A DNA stretch of 57,037 nucleotides from Chloroflexota bacterium (GCA_005881175.1 VBEN01000015.1:1-57037); one strand, 5' to 3'. Numbered from the stretch's first letter, positions 17,822 to 27,563 are shown. The notes: a model not told the origin generated them from the sequence alone. Numbers and translations: made by a program.

Positions 17822-19096
17822 ATGGCGTTTACGAAAGCGGCCGTTGAAGAGCTCAGCGCTCTTCACGGCGAACCCGCGTGGCTGCGCGCACGCCGCCTGG
17901 ATGCCTTCGGCGTGTTCGAGGGCATGAGCCTGCCGGATACGAGGCGCAACGAGGACTGGAAACAAGTCGACCTGAAGACCCTGAATCTCGAGGCCTACGC
18001 GCCGTTCCAGCAGCCGAACGGCGTGGCTCCGGCTGGGGCCCTGGAAAATGTCGGCGCGACCCTCTACCAGCGGGGGACCACCCCGGCGGTTGCGTCCGTC
18101 GCGCCAGACCTCACCCAGCGCGGCGTGATCCTCATGCCGCTGGCGGCCGCCGCCTCCGCGCATCCCGAGCTGGTCCAGCGCTACTTGTTCAGCGCCGTCA
18201 AGCCGGAGCGGGATAAGTTCGCGGCCCTACACGCCGCCCTGTTCAGCGGCGGCACCTTCCTGTATGTCCCCGAAGGGGTGACGGTCGAGCAGCCGCTGGT
18301 CAGCCAGTTCTGGTCGGCCGGCTCGGGCGCCGCCGTGCTGCCTCACTCGCTGGTGATCGCCGGCAGGGGTTCCCGGTTCCAGTACGTCGATGAATTTCTT
18401 AGCAGCAGTCGCGATGAGACCTCTCTGGCAAGTGGGTCATCCGAGATCTTTCTCGAGGAGGGCGCAAACGTCGGCTACGTCGCCCTTCAACAGTGGGGGA
18501 TCCAGACCTGGCAGTTTGCCAATCAACGCTTTCACCTGGGGCGCGACTCGCACCTCCAGATGGTCGACGTTGCCCTCGGCGCCCGGATGGCGCGGCTCCG
18601 TGTCGAGGCGATGCTCGAAGGGCCTGGCTCGAGCGCGGACCTGAAGGGTCTGTTCTTCGGGACGGGCGACCAGGCCTTCGACTTTCGAACCTTGCAGGAC
18701 CATATCGGACCGCACACGACTTCCGACCTGCTCTTCAAAGGTGCCCTGCGGGACCGGGCGAAGAGCGTCTACGTCGGCGTAGTGCGAGTGGAAGCCGCCG
18801 CCCGCGGCAGTTCATCCAACCAGGCCAATCGCAATCTGCTCCTCTCGGAGAAGGCCAGGGCGACGTCCGAGCCCATCCTCGAAATCCTCAACAACGACAT
18901 CTTGCGCTGCAGCCACGGCGCAACGGTCGGCCCGGTGGACCCGGAGCATCTGTTCTACCTGGAGAGTCGCGGCATTCCGCGGCCGATTGCGGAGCGGATG
19001 CTGGTCCAGGGGTTCCTGGGCGAGGTCCTGGATCGACTGCCGGTCGCCCGGGTGCGCGACGCCGTCGACCAGGAGTTGTCTGCGCGCATTGACTAG
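17822..19096 (+). CDS. sufD: Fe-S cluster assembly protein SufD
   Basis: SufB/D beta-helix homology (HGATVGPVDPEHLFYLESRGI). Begins immediately after sufB. Confidence 0.85.
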   Translation: MAFTKAAVEELSALHGEPAWLRARRLDAFGVFEGMSLPDTRRNEDWKQVDLKTLNLEAYAPFQQPNGVAPAGALENVGATLYQRGTTPAVASVAPDLTQRGVILMPLAAAASAHPELVQRYLFSAVKPERDKFAALHAALFSGGTFLYVPEGVTVEQPLVSQFWSAGSGAAVLPHSLVIAGRGSRFQYVDEFLSSSRDETSLASGSSEIFLEEGANVGYVALQQWGIQTWQFANQRFHLGRDSHLQMVDVALGARMARLRVEAMLEGPGSSADLKGLFFGTGDQAFDFRTLQDHIGPHTTSDLLFKGALRDRAKSVYVGVVRVEAAARGSSSNQANRNLLLSEKARATSEPILEILNNDILRCSHGATVGPVDPEHLFYLESRGIPRPIAERMLVQGFLGEVLDRLPVARVRDAVDQELSARID

Positions 19097-19145
19097 CGTG
19101 ACTCGCCAGAGAGTCGCATCGACGAGTGAGCTTCCCAAGGAGTCG

Positions 19146-19412
19146 ATGATGCGTGTGGAGGTCGACGGCGAGCCGGTCTGCTTGGTGCACGCGGAAGACG
19201 ACAACTTCTATGCCATCGGCGACACCTGCACGCACGAGGAGTACTCGCTTTGCGAGGGCGAGCTCTGGGAGATGTCGGTCGAGTGCCCGCGGCACGGTTC
19301 GCGCTTCGACGTCCGCACCGGCAAGGTGACCGGCTTGCCGGCGGTGATCCCCGCGAAGACCTTCCCGGTAACGATCGAGAACGGCGATCTCTTCATCGAG
19401 GTGCCGGACTAA
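19146..19412 (+). CDS. Rieske (2Fe-2S) ferredoxin-like protein within the suf operon
   Basis: Contains CTHEEYSL and CPRHGSRF boxes. An AAGGAG SD precedes ATG 19146. GTG 19098 is an alternative start. Confidence 0.8.
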   Translation: MMRVEVDGEPVCLVHAEDDNFYAIGDTCTHEEYSLCEGELWEMSVECPRHGSRFDVRTGKVTGLPAVIPAKTFPVTIENGDLFIEVPD

Positions 19413-19415
19413 GAT

Positions 19416-19760
19416 TTGACTATGGCGGACATCATGGAAACGACCCAGGCACCGGCTTCGGGCGATCTGCGCCAGCAGGTCGAGGCCCAGCTCGCGACCT
19501 GCCGCGATCCGGAGATCGGGCTGGACATCATGTCGCTGGGCCTGGTTTACGAGATCAACATCGACGAAGGCAACGTCCTGGTCAAGATGACGCTGACCGC
19601 GATCGGCTGCCCCTGGGCCCAGGACCTCTTCGACGAGGTGAAGGTGAAGGTCGAAGAAGTCCCGGGCGTCAACGCGTGTACGGTTGAGCTCGTGTACTCG
19701 CCGCCCTGGAGCGCCGACATGATGAGCGACGACGCCAAGATGGAGCTTGGCTTCCTCTAA
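19416..19760 (+). CDS. DUF59/SufT-like (MIP18 family) Fe-S assembly protein
   Basis: DPEIGLDIMSLGLVYEI...MTLTAIGCPW is typical of the DUF59 family. ATG 19422 is an alternative start. Confidence 0.8.
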   Translation: MTMADIMETTQAPASGDLRQQVEAQLATCRDPEIGLDIMSLGLVYEINIDEGNVLVKMTLTAIGCPWAQDLFDEVKVKVEEVPGVNACTVELVYSPPWSADMMSDDAKMELGFL

Positions 19761-19767
19761 CGGCCGG

Positions 19768-19908
19768 CTAGAACAAGAACGACGCGGCCAGGAACGCCAG
19801 GCCACCGGGCAGTAGACCGAACGGCGCCCTGAACTTCATGCGGCCGGCGAGCGCGTCGAGGATGAAGCAGATCAGCGCAATGATCAAAAAGATCTTGGAT
19901 AACGACAT
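19768..19908 (-). CDS. Possible 46-aa hydrophobic micro-protein (not in the ORF track)
   Basis: My own translation gives MSLSKIFLIIALICFILDALAGRMKFRAPFGLLPGGLAFLAASFLF. There is a GGGAGG about 10 nt upstream and two predicted TM segments. Confidence 0.35.
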   Translation of the reverse strand: MSLSKIFLIIALICFILDALAGRMKFRAPFGLLPGGLAFLAASFLF

Positions 19909-20115
19909 CTAAATGCGACCTCCCAGAAAGTTGGTGCCTTCCCAGCAAATCGGAATCCGTCCCCTATTCCTGCGAATTCGAAGTCACCACCACTGTCAGT
20001 AGCTGTGGCAGCTGTGCCATCGGCCTGTTACCCGCACGCAGTTTGGTTCGTAAGGCTCGCTACGTAGCATTCGGCTCGGTTCGCCAATTCAAACGAACTG
20101 GGGGTAAAGAACCGC

Positions 20116-21858
20116 TTGTCGCTGCTCGAACGTATTCAGAAATCCCAGGGCGAACCCGGATCGCCGCCCCCGGCCCCCAAGGCGCCCGCACGGCCGAGCC
20201 AGCCCCCCGCCGCGCCTTCGGGTCCGCCAGCCCGGCAGAACCCGCCCTCACCGCCGCCCACACGGTCAGCCCCCTACAGCCCGCCGCCAGGCCAGTTGCC
20301 AGCCCAGGCCCGGCCCCCGGTCCAGGTCCGGCCAGCCGTCCCGCCAGCGGCGCCGCGGCCGATCGTGCCCAGACCCCCGGTTTCGGTGCCGGCTTCGGCC
20401 CCGCGGCCGGTCGTCGTGCCAGCTCCGCCACCGGCTGCGACGCCCGCCCCAAGGCTCGCCGACCGGGTGGCGGCCGCCCGCCCAGCGCCAGCTCCGGTGG
20501 AGGCCAAACCGGCGCCCGCCAACGCCAACCTCAGCGACTTGCCAGAGGCCGAGCGGCTGCACCGGATCAAGGCCGCGGTCCATGACCGGATCATCGGCGA
20601 ACTCGGTGAACGGGCGAACGAGCTCGACCGTGAGGCCATCAGCCAGCGGGCGACCGAGGTGCTCGACGCCTACCTGAGCGCCCGCCGGGTCACGCTGACT
20701 ACCCAGACCCGCGACCGGCTGCTGGGGGCACTCCTCGCCGACATCCTGGGCTTCGGCCCGCTCGACCTGTTGCTGGCGGACGAGACGATTTCCGACATCA
20801 TGGTCAACGGTCCCAACAAGGTCTACATCGAGCGCGGGAACAAGATGCAGCGGGCGGCCATCAAGTTCGACAGCGATGCCCACCTGATGCAGATCATCTC
20901 GCGCATCGTTACCGGAGTCGGCCGGCGAGTCGACGAAAGCTCGCCGATGGTCGACGCCCGTCTTCCAGACGGTTCCCGAGTCAATGTGATCATCCCGCCG
21001 CTGGCGGTGAGGGGCGCATCGATGACGATCCGCAAGATGCGCCGGGACCCACTCCAGATCACCGACCTGATCAAGAATCAGACGCTGACCGACGAGATGG
21101 CGGTCTTTCTCAAAGCTTGCGTCAATGCGCGAATGAACATCGTGGTGGCCGGCGGCGGTTCGTCGGGAAAGACCACGACGCTCAACGTGCTCTCCAGCTT
21201 CATCCCCTCCGACGAGCGCATCATCACCGTTGAGGACGCTGCCGAGCTGCAGCTGCGTCAGATCCACGTGATCAACCTGGAATCGCGGCCCAACAACGTA
21301 GAAGGCAAGGGTGGGGTCAGCATTCGCGACCTGGTCATCAACACCCTCCGAATGCGGCCCGACCGGATCGTCGTGGGAGAGGTCCGCAGCGGCGAGGCCC
21401 TGGACATGCTCCAGGCCATGAACACGGGTCATGATGGGTCGCTGACCACGGTTCACTCGAACACGCCGCGGGACACGATTTCCCGGCTCGAGACGCTCGT
21501 CCTGATGGCCGGCATGGAACTGCCGTCCCGCGCCATCCGGGAGCAGATCGCGTCGGCGATCAACATCATCATCCAGCAGAACCGGTTGCGAGACGGCACC
21601 CGGAAGATCACCTACATCTCCGAGGTGATGGGGATCGAGGGCGATCAGATCTCTCTGCAGGACATCTTCGTCTACAAGCAGACCGGTTACGAGAACGGCA
21701 AGGTCACCGGAATGCTCACTGCGACCGGGGCAATCCCGCGGATCATGGAAGTGCTCGAGTCGACCGGCAACGCGGTGCCGCTTAGCTATTTCGACCCGGC
21801 CCCGGACAGCGGTTTCGTCCGGCCGAAACGGCTGAAGGTCGTCCCGAACGCGGCCTAG
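20116..21858 (+). CDS. cpaF: CpaF/TadA-family secretion (type IV pilus/Tad) ATPase with a long Pro/Ala-rich N-terminal extension
   Basis: Walker [15 protein letters not shown], with [30 protein letters not shown]. The first ~135 aa are a low-complexity P/A-rich segment. TTG start. Confidence 0.85.
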   Translation: MSLLERIQKSQGEPGSPPPAPKAPARPSQPPAAPSGPPARQNPPSPPPTRSAPYSPPPGQLPAQARPPVQVRPAVPPAAPRPIVPRPPVSVPASAPRPVVVPAPPPAATPAPRLADRVAAARPAPAPVEAKPAPANANLSDLPEAERLHRIKAAVHDRIIGELGERANELDREAISQRATEVLDAYLSARRVTLTTQTRDRLLGALLADILGFGPLDLLLADETISDIMVNGPNKVYIERGNKMQRAAIKFDSDAHLMQIISRIVTGVGRRVDESSPMVDARLPDGSRVNVIIPPLAVRGASMTIRKMRRDPLQITDLIKNQTLTDEMAVFLKACVNARMNIVVAGGGSSGKTTTLNVLSSFIPSDERIITVEDAAELQLRQIHVINLESRPNNVEGKGGVSIRDLVINTLRMRPDRIVVGEVRSGEALDMLQAMNTGHDGSLTTVHSNTPRDTISRLETLVLMAGMELPSRAIREQIASAINIIIQQNRLRDGTRKITYISEVMGIEGDQISLQDIFVYKQTGYENGKVTGMLTATGAIPRIMEVLESTGNAVPLSYFDPAPDSGFVRPKRLKVVPNAA

Positions 21859-22250
21859 GCCTGAGGCGACGGCATCCGCGGCTTCTGGCGCTCCTGGTAC
21901 CGCACGTCGCCCCTCAGGTGGAGCGAGGTGAGCATCGACAGGAATGCACCCGCGAATCCCGCAGCCCCGGTGGTGAGATAGCTCACGCCCAAAACTGGGT
22001 CGTAACGAGCGCCCTCCAGAAGCAGGCCTGAAAGAGCGATCAGGTCGACCAGCAAGACCCCGAGGTCATTGAGAACGAGCGCGAGGCCGTTCTTTCGAAC
22101 GTCCTCCGGTGTCGCGGGAAGCTTGCGGCGAAAGGGGTAGCGGACGAGGCGGCCGGTTCTGAACTCATATAACGCGCTTGCGATCGCAGCAAGGCTGATT
22201 ACTGCGCCGACCGCAATGAGGACGAGTACGACCTGTCGAAGCTGCTCCAT
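21855..22250 (-). CDS. Integral membrane protein, unknown function
   Basis: 131 aa with 3-4 hydrophobic segments. Convergent with cpaF, overlapping it by 4 nt. Confidence 0.6.
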   Translation of the reverse strand: MEQLRQVVLVLIAVGAVISLAAIASALYEFRTGRLVRYPFRRKLPATPEDVRKNGLALVLNDLGVLLVDLIALSGLLLEGARYDPVLGVSYLTTGAAGFAGAFLSMLTSLHLRGDVRYQERQKPRMPSPQA

Positions 22251-22359
22251 CTCCCTCTATATTCAGGCTGTGCCCGCCAAAGAGGCAACACCGTTCTCTG
22301 CCACCGCTGCGCCTTGAGGAACCCGGGAATCTGGTCAAACGCTAAAATCAGCGCTGGTC

Positions 22360-24231
22360 GTGCCTACTGAACTCAGCCGCCGGGAACTGTCCTGGGTCAT
22401 CGGCGGTCCTCAGGGTGGAGGCATCAATGCCTCGGCCGAGATCTATGCCAAAGCGCTGATGCGCGGTGGCCTGCATGTCTTCGCCAATATCGAGTTCCAC
22501 TCGAACATCATGGGGAAGCACAGCTACTACCGGGTCACGGCGGCGCCGGTGCCGGTCCGCTCGCATATCGACGAGATCCACATGCTGGTGGCGCTCGACC
22601 AGGAAACCCTCTTCGGCGATGCCCAGGAACGCAAACACTATCCCAGTCACACCGGCCATGTCCATCGGGTCTCGCCCGGAGGTGGCATCGTCTACGACGC
22701 CGACCTCAAGATCGATCCGGCGCAATTCCAGCGGAACGACGTCCACCTCTACCCGATCCCGTTCTTCGAGGTCCTCGAGGAGGCCCTCAAGCAAGTCGGA
22801 AAGGGTGGCCAGTCGCGCAAGTACATCGTGATGCGCAATACAGTGGCCCTGGGCGCCTCGATCGGCCTGGCCGGCTACGACGATGAGCTCGTCTTTGACG
22901 CCATCCGTCACGAGTTCAAGGGACGCAAGGCCGAGGCCGCCGAGATGAATGTGCAGGCGGTCAAAGCCGCAGCCGACTATGCACGAAGCCACTTCAGCGC
23001 GCGGCCCGCGCGGCAATTGTCTGCATTGCCTGCCGAGCAGCGCCAGAAGCGAATCCTGATCAAAGGCGTCCAGGCAGTTGGGATCGCCAAGCTAAAAGCC
23101 GGGCTCGGGCTTCAGACCTACTACCCGATCAGCCCGGCCACCGACGAGAGCGTGTACCTGGAGGCCAAAGGCCCCCAGTACCAGCTGACCGTAGTGCAGG
23201 CCGAGGACGAGATCAGCAGTATCAATATGGCCATCGGGGCGGCTCACATGGGGATTCGGGCGGCCACCTCCACCGCCGGTCCCGGCTTTGCCCTGATGTC
23301 GGAGGGATTCGGATTCGCGGCGATCACCGAGGCGCCCGGCCCGGTGGTCTTCCTCTGGCAGCGTGGCGGTCCCTCAACCGGGCTGCCCACCCGAACCGAG
23401 CAGGCCGACTTGCAGTTCGCCCTCCATCCCGCCCACGGTGATTTCCCGCACATCGTGATCGCGTCCGGCGACATCGAGGAGGCCTTCAATGACAGCTTCG
23501 AGAGCTTCAACTGGGCCGACCGCTACCAGGTGCCGGTAATCGTGCTGCTGGAAAAATTCCTGGCCTCCTCGTTGTTCACGACCGACAGGCTCGACACCAG
23601 CACGCTCAAGATCGATCGGGGCCTCGTGTACCAGCCGGTCAGCCCCGAAAAGAATGGCTACCGGCGCCACGCCATCACGCCGGATGGCATCAGCCCGCGC
23701 GCGCTGCCCGGAACGGCGGGCGGTATCTTCTCGACCACCAGCGATGAGCATGACCCCGAAGGCCATATCACCGAAGGCATCGAGAACCGGATCACCATGA
23801 TGCGCAAGCGGATGGTCAAGCTGCAGACCGCCGCCCGCGAGATCCCGGAGTCCTTCAAGTTCAAGCTGCACGGCCCGAGGCGCGCGGACCTGACCCTGGT
23901 CGGCTGGGGTACCACGAAGGGCGCAATCCTCGATGGAATGACCGAGCTCGAGCTGGACGGCTTCTCGGTGAATTTTCTCCAGGTGCGCCTGATGCGGCCG
24001 TTCCCGGCCCAGGAAGTCGAAGCTATGCTCCGGGATGCCAAGCGCGCCGTGCTGATTGAAGCGAACTATTCGGGGCAGCTTGGCGCGCTCATCCGGGAGC
24101 AGACCGGCATCGCGCTCGATCATCGGGTCCTGAAATACGACGGCCGGCCGTTCTCGCGGAACGAGATCGTCGGCGGAGTCCACGAGGTGTTGTCGGAACG
24201 GACAAAGGAGGTCATGGTTTCGCATGCCTGA
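22360..24231 (+). CDS. korA: 2-oxoacid:ferredoxin oxidoreductase, alpha (fused gamma-alpha) subunit
   Basis: 623 aa with YPISPATDE and GPGFALMSEG motifs. Overlaps the beta subunit gene. Confidence 0.9.
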   Translation: MPTELSRRELSWVIGGPQGGGINASAEIYAKALMRGGLHVFANIEFHSNIMGKHSYYRVTAAPVPVRSHIDEIHMLVALDQETLFGDAQERKHYPSHTGHVHRVSPGGGIVYDADLKIDPAQFQRNDVHLYPIPFFEVLEEALKQVGKGGQSRKYIVMRNTVALGASIGLAGYDDELVFDAIRHEFKGRKAEAAEMNVQAVKAAADYARSHFSARPARQLSALPAEQRQKRILIKGVQAVGIAKLKAGLGLQTYYPISPATDESVYLEAKGPQYQLTVVQAEDEISSINMAIGAAHMGIRAATSTAGPGFALMSEGFGFAAITEAPGPVVFLWQRGGPSTGLPTRTEQADLQFALHPAHGDFPHIVIASGDIEEAFNDSFESFNWADRYQVPVIVLLEKFLASSLFTTDRLDTSTLKIDRGLVYQPVSPEKNGYRRHAITPDGISPRALPGTAGGIFSTTSDEHDPEGHITEGIENRITMMRKRMVKLQTAAREIPESFKFKLHGPRRADLTLVGWGTTKGAILDGMTELELDGFSVNFLQVRLMRPFPAQEVEAMLRDAKRAVLIEANYSGQLGALIREQTGIALDHRVLKYDGRPFSRNEIVGGVHEVLSERTKEVMVSHA

Positions 24232-25177
24232 GACGGCCACCCCACCCAAGAAATTCAGCCTCCAGGAGTACAAGACCGAGGTCCACGTCGACTGGTGTCC
24301 GGGCTGCGGGGACTTCGGGATCCTGAGCTCGATCCAGCAGGCGTTCTTTCAGCTGCAGATCCCGCCGCATCGAATCGCCATGATTTCGGGCATCGGCTGT
24401 TCGGGGAAGACGCCCCACTACGTCGATACCTATGGCCTGCACACGCTGCATGGCCGGGCGCTACCGGTGGCAACCGGCGCGAAGCTCGCGAACCATCAGC
24501 TGACGGTGGTCGCGGTTGGAGGCGATGGTGATGGCTATGGCATCGGTGCCGGGTACTTCGTCAACAGCGGCCGCCGGAATCTCGACATGACCTATATCGT
24601 CTTCAACAACGGCGTGTACGGACTTACCAAAGGGCAAGCCTCACCAACCCTGGGCAAGGGACTGCAGACCAAGTCCATGCCCGATCCCTCGATCCAGGAA
24701 GGCGTCAATCCGCTGGCGGTGGCGCTGGGCGCCGGCTACACATGGATCGGCCGCGGCTATGCCCTCGATGTGAAGTCCCTCGTCTCCTTGATCGTGCAGG
24801 CCATCCAACATAAAGGCACCTCCTTCCTCGATGTCTTCCAGACTTGCCCGGTGTACAACGACCTGCGAACCAAGGAGTGGTACGCCGGGGAGGACATCGG
24901 TCGAACGCGGCTCCGCCGGTTGGATGCCGATGCCGGCTGGGACCCGGTCGTCAGGGATCCCGGCAACCTCGACGAGGTGGTGCAGAAGAAGACCCGGGCG
25001 CTGCAGACGTCGTACGAGACCGGCGACAGCCTGGCCGTCGGCCTCTTCTACAAGATCGACCTTCCGACCTATGACGAGCAGCTCGCCGACAAGGTTCCGG
25101 CGCTCAAGGACCACCCCTTGATCGACCTGCCGTTATACCAGCGCGATGTCACGCCGCTCTTCGACGAGCTAGCGTAA
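24224..25177 (+). CDS. korB: 2-oxoacid:ferredoxin oxidoreductase, beta (TPP-binding) subunit
   Basis: Contains WCPGCGDFGI, GIGCSGK and GGDGDGYGIG. Confidence 0.9.
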   Translation: MPETATPPKKFSLQEYKTEVHVDWCPGCGDFGILSSIQQAFFQLQIPPHRIAMISGIGCSGKTPHYVDTYGLHTLHGRALPVATGAKLANHQLTVVAVGGDGDGYGIGAGYFVNSGRRNLDMTYIVFNNGVYGLTKGQASPTLGKGLQTKSMPDPSIQEGVNPLAVALGAGYTWIGRGYALDVKSLVSLIVQAIQHKGTSFLDVFQTCPVYNDLRTKEWYAGEDIGRTRLRRLDADAGWDPVVRDPGNLDEVVQKKTRALQTSYETGDSLAVGLFYKIDLPTYDEQLADKVPALKDHPLIDLPLYQRDVTPLFDELA

Positions 25178-25245
25178 GCACCCGCGTCGCGGTCGTCCGA
25201 GCCGCAGGCAGACTCGCTGGACTCCGTTACTCACTCATATCGTCG

Positions 25246-26535
25246 ATGGCAAGCGGCGTTTGGCGACATGTCCTGAGGAGACGGGCGATCGTGCCGTTGT
25301 TTATCGCCGCGGCTGCGGTTCTGCTCGCCGTCTGGGGCGCAAGCCGCCTTGGGCTGGGTAAGACGGCTGGCCTCGACAGGCCGGGTGTCCCAGCGTCGAC
25401 AGCGTCGCCCTCACTAAGCTCGACGGGAGTTGTCGAGGCAATTCGCTTCGTTTCGCCAGACGCTGGGTGGGTGGTCGTCGGCTCCATGCATGCCGATCAA
25501 ACGGTTTCCCGCCGCCTGCTTCACACCAGCGATGGGGGCCGGCATTGGAGTTCGCAGCTGGCCTGGTCGGCACAGCCGCGAGCCACCGTTCCGGGGAATG
25601 AGGTGCGTCTGCTCTTCGTCGACGAGACTCACGGACTTGTGCTCAACCGCGCGGGCAGCGACGGCAAGCCGGTCCTCTACCGGACGACCAGTGGCGGAAG
25701 CAGCTGGCAGGCGTTGGCGCTCCCAGGTATCCCCGCGCCCGGATCGCCGGTCAGCTTCATTGATGCGCAGCACGGTTGGTTGCTCGCTGACGTTAACGCC
25801 GCGATGAGCCAGTCCACGGCCACCATCTTTCGAACCAATGATGGTGGCTCGACCTGGCTCCAGGTGGCCCACGTAGACCTCAACAGCGCTTCGCCTGGCT
25901 TGACCATGAACGGCGACAAGGACAGTCTCGCTTTTAGCGACGCCGACACCGGCTGGCTGGTGGCCGATAGCGCCGGAGGCAATGCCATCCTTTGGGTGAC
26001 CCACGACGGTGGTTTGACATGGAAACAAGGGACGTTACCAGCGCCGGCGGGCGTGTATGTCAGCGGCAACGCGGCCCCTGGTGGACCACAGTTCTTTGGA
26101 CCAGGCCAGGGCGTGTTGCCGATGGAGATCACCCTTGTACCGCAACCGAGCGGCGGCCCGCAGACGGTGCCTGCAGAAGGGTATCCACTGGTGCTTTTTG
26201 CCTATCTTTCAGACGATGGCGGCCGCTCGTGGAGCGAAATCCGGCTACCCGCGACCGGGAGCTTCCGCCAACCGCTGACATGGCAATTTCTGAATCGGCA
26301 GGATTGGTGGATCGCGAGTGGTGGCGATATCTTCGTCACCCATGACGGTGGACGCTCCTGGGCTCGACATTCGCTCAGCCTCGGCCAGCGCTCCGTACTC
26401 GTGCTCGATTTCATAACCGCCCAGTCCGGTTGGATCATCGCCGGCACGTGGTCCGCGGGCGACGGGCAAGCAGAGGAGAGTGCGCTGGCTCAAACGGTCG
26501 ACGAGGGAGAGCACTGGGAGATGCGGACGCCATAG
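25246..26535 (+). CDS. Membrane-anchored/secreted beta-propeller protein with 6-7 DGGxxW (BNR/Ycf48-like) repeats
   Basis: Repeats are TSDGGRHW, TSGGSSW, TNDGGSTW, THDGGLTW, SDDGGRSW and THDGGRSW. There is an N-terminal signal anchor. Confidence 0.75.
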   Translation: MASGVWRHVLRRRAIVPLFIAAAAVLLAVWGASRLGLGKTAGLDRPGVPASTASPSLSSTGVVEAIRFVSPDAGWVVVGSMHADQTVSRRLLHTSDGGRHWSSQLAWSAQPRATVPGNEVRLLFVDETHGLVLNRAGSDGKPVLYRTTSGGSSWQALALPGIPAPGSPVSFIDAQHGWLLADVNAAMSQSTATIFRTNDGGSTWLQVAHVDLNSASPGLTMNGDKDSLAFSDADTGWLVADSAGGNAILWVTHDGGLTWKQGTLPAPAGVYVSGNAAPGGPQFFGPGQGVLPMEITLVPQPSGGPQTVPAEGYPLVLFAYLSDDGGRSWSEIRLPATGSFRQPLTWQFLNRQDWWIASGGDIFVTHDGGRSWARHSLSLGQRSVLVLDFITAQSGWIIAGTWSAGDGQAEESALAQTVDEGEHWEMRTP

Positions 26536-26670
26536 ACAGAGGCGGGTACTAGCCGTTTCACCGGCCGCTGACGTCTCTACCGGGAGCTCGGTTGGCTCAC
26601 GCAAAACACGTCCTGGTCTCTTCCGCTCTTCGACGAAATGGGGTAGCGAAAGCCCTCGCGAAAGACTCCG

Positions 26671-27219
26671 TTGTTCGTTCGTTCAGCGTTCTTGATACCG
26701 ACGTCGAGCCGGCTGCCGTACCGAAGGACGGCCTACCCGGTGCTTCTCGGAATTGTTGCGCTGCTGCTGCTCGCGTGGGGCGCCAACCGCCTTGGCGTTG
26801 GCAAGACCTCCGTGGCGGCTCTCTTTGACTACCCGCCTGATTACCCGGGCTACACGTGGACGCGGAATGGGCAAGCCGTGTCACCGCAAGAGCTCGACGT
26901 CTCGACAGGTGGAAAGCACTGCAACTGGCAGTCCGTTACGTTTCTCACCGTGGGCTGGCCGCCAGGTAACCACTGGGTGGGCTCGAGCCAGGCTCGCCAG
27001 TACGTCCGGGACCCCGACGGCGTGGTCAAGAGTGGTTACATCAGTGAGAAGCTTGTTCTTCGGGCGACCCTTCCTGGGGACGCCTTACCAACCGGATACC
27101 AGCACGGGTCGGTTCAGCTTTTCCTGAGTCCTTCCGACGACGACCTCGCCATCTATGTGGTGGGTCCGGACGCGACGGAACGTTGGCCACGAAGCAACCC
27201 CATGACTGGTTGTATCTGA
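26671..27219 (+). CDS. Membrane-anchored hypothetical protein sharing its N-terminal anchor motif with the upstream propeller protein
   Basis: TM segment followed by WGANRLGVGKT. The start (TTG 26671) is uncertain. Confidence 0.55.
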   Translation: MFVRSAFLIPTSSRLPYRRTAYPVLLGIVALLLLAWGANRLGVGKTSVAALFDYPPDYPGYTWTRNGQAVSPQELDVSTGGKHCNWQSVTFLTVGWPPGNHWVGSSQARQYVRDPDGVVKSGYISEKLVLRATLPGDALPTGYQHGSVQLFLSPSDDDLAIYVVGPDATERWPRSNPMTGCI

Positions 27220-27227
27220 CCAATTGG

Positions 27228-27545
27228 CTATGAGACTTCGGTCTTGCGCTTCTCAGGGTAGGCAGCGTTGATCTCCGCCCGTACCCGAGCCTTGTCCTCG
27301 TCGCTCTTGAAGTAGTCGAAATTCCAGGGAATGAACCGCTTCATCTCGGCGGGCACCTCGTCCTCGGGATAAATCGCGGCTACCGGACAGGGATCGACGC
27401 AGGCTCCGCAATCGATGCACTCATCCGGGTTGATGACCAGCATCCGGTCCTCGGCGCCGCCGTCGATGATGCAGTCGACGGGGCAGACATCGACACAGGA
27501 CCTGTCCTTCAGGTCGACGCAGGTTTCGGTGATGATATAGGCCAT
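27228..27545 (-). CDS. fdxA: 7Fe-type ferredoxin ([3Fe-4S][4Fe-4S], FdxA-like)
   Basis: Contains MAYIITETCVDLKDRSCVDVCPVDCI and CIDCGACVDPCP. Confidence 0.9.
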   Translation of the reverse strand: MAYIITETCVDLKDRSCVDVCPVDCIIDGGAEDRMLVINPDECIDCGACVDPCPVAAIYPEDEVPAEMKRFIPWNFDYFKSDEDKARVRAEINAAYPEKRKTEVS

Positions 27546-27563
27546 TTCTTTTAAGGAAAATTC

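Noticed and set aside
20140-20530. Tandem DNA repeat in the Pro-rich part of cpaF
   Set aside because: The region is CCG/GCC-rich low complexity without a fixed period or exact repeated unit. It is coding bias for Pro/Ala, not a repeat array.
20266-21456. 396-aa minus-strand ORF
   Set aside because: It is antisense to cpaF, which has clear Walker motifs.
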